Assembly: GCA_048887225.1 (NCBI GenBank)
Contig: JBHLJY010000011.1
Span: 13,326 to 77,325 of the forward strand
Source: Candidatus Hodarchaeota archaeon
GTDB taxonomy: Archaea; Asgardarchaeota; Lokiarchaeia; Sigyniarchaeales; SOKP01
Direction of reading: 5' to 3'
Length of the DNA stretch: 64,000 bases
Shown here: positions 60,287 through 64,000 of the stretch, in pieces
Position numbering within the stretch: the first letter of the stretch is position 1
Layout: each line of letters opens with the position of its first letter
Notes under the pieces: model-generated
Told to the model about the DNA's origin: nothing
Seen by the model: the letters and a program-made list of their open reading frames with translations, nothing else
Databases searched by the model: none
Made by a program: the position numbers and the translations under genes

Positions 60287-62647
60287 ATGATTAGAAAAAC
60301 CTTCTCAGAACTCATAATAGGAGAATTTGGTGAAAAATTATTTCAAAAAGCACAAATTTTTCCTAATAATAAAATTAATCTCATTTATATTAGAGAAGAT
60401 CCAATTGAAATTAATTCAATAATTTTAGATAATGAACGTGAATTCCATCTAATTATTGATGAAGAGGAAGCAGAAATTTTTCATGATTGCCCGAGTTTTT
60501 TAATACATTCACAAAAAGAAAAAAAAATATGTGTCCATTTAATTAAAGTATTATTATTGATAAAAAAGAACCTTACATTAGAAATTTTAAGTAATTTTAA
60601 CAATTACAAATTAACTTCGGAAGATTTTGGTTCAAAAAAAAAAAGTAAAAATTATATATTACTCTCAAACACTTGTTTTGAAAGCAATAATTGTGTTGAA
60701 GGATTAAGCTATCTAAATAAAGCAATAATTAATCAAAGTGAATGCGAAAATATTATTGAAAATTATCTAGAAAAGGCCATTGAAAATAATTTATATGTTG
60801 AATTCTTCGAATTTTTAAAATCTTGTAGTGAAAATGAATTAATCGATCATCTTTTACAATTCAATCATCATATTGTAAAGGGTTTTGAAAACCTTTTAAA
60901 TTCCTTGGCTAACTATTCCTTCATTAATATACTCTTTATCATTGAATCCTTAAATATTATTTTAAATTTTATAGATCTTTCGTTATCCAAAGACATATTC
61001 AACAAATTTAAAAAAATGGTCTATAGCTCCAACCTAAATGAAAGATATTTTTCAATCTATTTTGTTATGAAAAATATTAATAAATTAACTAAGTTGAATC
61101 CATTATTTGAATCCTTAATTAAAAAGAAACATTTAGAAACTTCGAAAAACGAAATTTTAGAATATTTTTTTGATGAAATTGAGAATCTTGCTGTTTTAGA
61201 TAAATTAAGATTAATGAAAAAGCAATTTAAAGTATTCGGTATAACGAAAGATCGATTTTATAATGAATATAAGAGCTATAAAAATGAAATAAAGGAATTA
61301 GAAAAGAGAGTTTATTTAAAGAAATTCTCTTTTCTGAAGCTCTTAATGGAAAAATTCAAGATAAATAGATCTAAAGGAGAATTCAAAAAAAAAAGGAATA
61401 CATATATAGTTATACACGATCCAGAAAATTTAAAAAATCCTGTTTATCAATACATTATAAGGCGTCTCGGATTTTATGGTTTAAACGATCAAATAATTAA
61501 ATCTAATGATATTGGAGTAAATTATTTTATTATCAGAGAATTTTACTTAGATGATTTAAGCACTCATCCTGACATATTTTACTATAAAAAACAATTTTGG
61601 GGAGATAATGAGGAGAATTTAGAAATAAATTCTATTGAAGGATTTTCTTTATTTAGTGAAATTATAAATTATAATTATGATATTGACCAACAATATTCCA
61701 ATATTAACGATGTAATGATAATTGAGTGGGATTTGGCAAATAAACCACGGCAAGGTAGTATTGTAAATGCCTACGGGGCTCAAATAATTATTCCGGACCA
61801 AAATAATCCATTGTTTCACGATTTGAAACCTTTTGATATTTGTTATTGTCTTAAAAATCCAGTAAAAATTGAAGGAAATATCATAAAAACAATCAATGTT
61901 ATTTCAAAGTGCTCATTTAAAGACGCAATCAATAGTGTTTCTAAAGGAATGACTTTTATTGAGGGTTTTTATCCATTATCTCTTGTTAAAGCTGTATTGG
62001 AAAAGGAAATAAGTCCCTTTAAAGCTAATGAAATCGCAATAAATAATCCTAATAAAATCTTTATCCCCAAGTACAATCAGTTTATTAAGAATTTTAGAGA
62101 ATTTCTATTTGATTTTATTAACAAAGAAAAGGAATATATCTTTGAAGAAATAAAAGTTGACCCTGAAGAGAAAGCAAATCAAATTTTGATATTATTAAAT
62201 TTAACAAATGAACTTGCAGGATTGAATTTACTATATTCTAAAATTATAACCAATTTATTTACTCAAAATATAAATTTAACTGAATTTAAATCAAAATTTT
62301 TAAGTAAAATCCATTCTCTTATAAAAGAAGTTTTAAGTAAGCGTGAAATTGGTAGTACAATAATATTTAATTTAAAAAAAATGCGAAATACACAATTTTC
62401 TAAATATTCTAACGAAATTCTTAACATTAGGAAAGAAGAATTTGAATCTGGAAAAATTTACAGATATCGCGATGAAATGGATATACATTATGATATCTCA
62501 GAAGTTCAAAAAACATATTATGGGAAAAAATTTTTAAAAATTTTAAATTTAACAGAAAAAATTCATGTAAAACCAGATAAATTCAAAAACTTCATTGATT
62601 TCGCCTCGAAAATAAATTTAGAATTAAATATTGTAGAATCAAATTAA
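60287..62647 (+). CDS. SWIM-type Zn-finger protein (786 aa)
   Basis: N-terminal HDCP.F........C.H followed by a helical region. Confidence 0.7.
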   Translation: MIRKTFSELIIGEFGEKLFQKAQIFPNNKINLIYIREDPIEINSIILDNEREFHLIIDEEEAEIFHDCPSFLIHSQKEKKICVHLIKVLLLIKKNLTLEILSNFNNYKLTSEDFGSKKKSKNYILLSNTCFESNNCVEGLSYLNKAIINQSECENIIENYLEKAIENNLYVEFFEFLKSCSENELIDHLLQFNHHIVKGFENLLNSLANYSFINILFIIESLNIILNFIDLSLSKDIFNKFKKMVYSSNLNERYFSIYFVMKNINKLTKLNPLFESLIKKKHLETSKNEILEYFFDEIENLAVLDKLRLMKKQFKVFGITKDRFYNEYKSYKNEIKELEKRVYLKKFSFLKLLMEKFKINRSKGEFKKKRNTYIVIHDPENLKNPVYQYIIRRLGFYGLNDQIIKSNDIGVNYFIIREFYLDDLSTHPDIFYYKKQFWGDNEENLEINSIEGFSLFSEIINYNYDIDQQYSNINDVMIIEWDLANKPRQGSIVNAYGAQIIIPDQNNPLFHDLKPFDICYCLKNPVKIEGNIIKTINVISKCSFKDAINSVSKGMTFIEGFYPLSLVKAVLEKEISPFKANEIAINNPNKIFIPKYNQFIKNFREFLFDFINKEKEYIFEEIKVDPEEKANQILILLNLTNELAGLNLLYSKIITNLFTQNINLTEFKSKFLSKIHSLIKEVLSKREIGSTIIFNLKKMRNTQFSKYSNEILNIRKEEFESGKIYRYRDEMDIHYDISEVQKTYYGKKFLKILNLTEKIHVKPDKFKNFIDFASKINLELNIVESN

Positions 62648-62800
62648 GATTGATTCCCTTTGCGGATTATATTCAACTCTCTTTTTCTTATAATTAAACC
62701 TCATATAAACTTTTATCAAAAGCTTTTATGTAAGTCATGTAATAAATTTATATTTTTGATGCATTTTATATTACATATGGGTAATTAAAAGGTAAAAAAA

Positions 62801-63010
62801 ATGGTTGAAAAAAAACCCAGGGCAATAAGTATTGAAGAACAAATTAAACATTTAGAAGAACATATAAATTCTACAAGAAACATCATTTTTTCTCTTGACC
62901 AAAGATTCAGTTCTGGATTATTCAATCTTGAAGAATATTTAGAAAAAAAAAATTTTTTAATTAAAAAAATTGAGAATTTCAAAATTCAAATTGAAAATTT
63001 AAAAAAGTAA
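62801..63010 (+). CDS. Small coiled-coil/SHOCT-like protein
   Basis: L......G....EEY..KK..L motif; ATG start with AAGGT upstream. Confidence 0.55.
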   Translation: MVEKKPRAISIEEQIKHLEEHINSTRNIIFSLDQRFSSGLFNLEEYLEKKNFLIKKIENFKIQIENLKK

Positions 63011-63159
63011 ATTTGGGATGACTTAATTCAAATTAGAAATGATCTATAAATCATCTTAAATTAATTTAGTACTAATCTAACCAGAAAAGTTTTTAAAACG
63101 AAATAATTACTTTTTACATAGGATAACAATCAATAATTTTTTTAAATCGAATATAAGAT

Positions 63160-64000
63160 ATGTTTGATAACAGAAAGCATCCTAGCAAGGACATTTTAGA
63201 AAGTAAAGGAACTATTTTAAGAGGAAAAACCATATGCATGTGCTTAACTGGTTCTGTAGCTGTTATGTCTTCTCCTATTATCGCAAGAGAACTAATGCGG
63301 CTCGGTGCTGAGGTAATTTCTGTTATGTCTAAAGCCGCAACAGAATTAATCAGACCTTCTCTAATGCATTGGGCAACAGGAAATCCTGTTATCACAGAAT
63401 TAACTGGTGCTGTTGAGCATATTTATTTAGCAGGTGACCGCCCAATGGCTGTTAGACAAGCAGATTTAATTTTAGTTTGTCCTGCCACAGCCAACACGAT
63501 ATCTAAAATTGCTAACGGAATTGACGACACTCCTGTCACAACAGTAGTTTCTACAGCGTTCGGATCAGATACACCCATAGTAATTGTGCCAGCTATGCAT
63601 GAGAGCATGTATAGACATCCTATTTTAATAGAAAATGAAAAAAAACTGAGAAAGTGCGGTATTGATATACTAGGACCAAGAATCTCAGAAGGAAAAGCAA
63701 AAATCGCTAAAATAGATGATATAATAGATAGAGTGATTGATCTTTTAGTTGCTAAAAAAGATCTCGAGGGCATGAAAGTTCTCGTTACTGCTGGACCAAC
63801 ACGAGAATATATTGACGAAATAAGATTTGTTTCAAATGATTCTTCAGGAAGAATGGGTATCGAAATAGCAAAAGAAGCGGCAGCAAGAGGAGCTGAGGTC
63901 CTTCTAGTTAATGGAAAAAGTTCAGTTAAAGTTCCTGATTATTTAAATGTACTTAATGTTGTTTCCACGGAAGATTTCATAAAAGCAATAAAATATGAAT
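63160..64000 (+). CDS. coaBC: Bifunctional phosphopantothenoylcysteine decarboxylase/synthetase, 3' truncated
   Basis: Reads MFDNRKHPSKDI...LTGSVA...PATANTISKIA.GI.D...PAMH..M...VTAGPTREYID.IRF.SN.SSG.MG to the window end; not in the ORF track. Confidence 0.95.
   Translation, partial: MFDNRKHPSKDILESKGTILRGKTICMCLTGSVAVMSSPIIARELMRLGAEVISVMSKAATELIRPSLMHWATGNPVITELTGAVEHIYLAGDRPMAVRQADLILVCPATANTISKIANGIDDTPVTTVVSTAFGSDTPIVIVPAMHESMYRHPILIENEKKLRKCGIDILGPRISEGKAKIAKIDDIIDRVIDLLVAKKDLEGMKVLVTAGPTREYIDEIRFVSNDSSGRMGIEIAKEAAARGAEVLLVNGKSSVKVPDYLNVLNVVSTEDFIKAIKYE

Noticed and set aside
63012-63060. Hairpin with ATGA...AA...TGAT resembling a eukaryote-type SECIS
   Set aside because: The inner helix is too short and irregular, and no nearby gene has a plausible in-frame TGA.
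2042-63773. Short antisense or nested ORFs in the track (e.g. 2042-2254, 5369-5566, 21998-22417, 42301-42663, 45058-45714, 48982-49377, 63114-63395, 63423-63773)
   Set aside because: They overlap well-supported genes and have the F/L/S/I-rich composition expected from the reverse strand of K/E-rich AT-biased genes.
1-64000. CRISPR array, transposase, integrase or provirus
   Set aside because: No spaced direct repeats or mobility genes seen; the PD-(D/E)XK protein lacks Cas4 cysteines.

Overview
AT-rich (<30% GC by eye) archaeal chromosomal segment, almost certainly from an Asgard archaeon of the Lokiarchaeia type. The evidence is the archaeal informational genes plus roadblock, V4R, longin/uDENN-like and EMC6/RAB5IF-like proteins. 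It is mostly core genome: class I LysRS end, rpl3-rpl4-rpl23, rpl15e, RNase P Rpp30/Pop5, TgtA, Trm5, AK6, NEMF/Rqc2, ValRS, TrpB2, PyrI, CoaBC start and three tRNAs (Ile-GAT, Arg-TCT, Ala-CGC). I saw no CRISPR array, transposase or integrase. Main findings: (1) an smc-scpA-scpB operon whose 1485-aa SMC has normal ATPase heads but no recognisable hinge; a tandemly duplicated ~71-aa helical unit sits there instead, the arms carry four visible ~97-aa (N-arm) and 90-aa (C-arm) repeats, and the kleisin has an extra HeH/SAP/LEM-like domain; (2) an unannotated box C/D guide RNA with a perfect terminal stem and K-turn whose +5 guide position falls on the conserved LSU rRNA P-loop Gm2251; (3) several eukaryote-like proteins (RAB5IF/EMC6-like, FLCN/NPRL2-like uDENN, receptor-like longin protein, and a pair of giant hypothetical proteins opposite a roadblock gene); (4) a MoxR-VWA-SWIM operon, an orphan glycyl radical enzyme and an orphan DpnA-like methyltransferase. 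All family calls come from motif recognition by eye; no searches were run.
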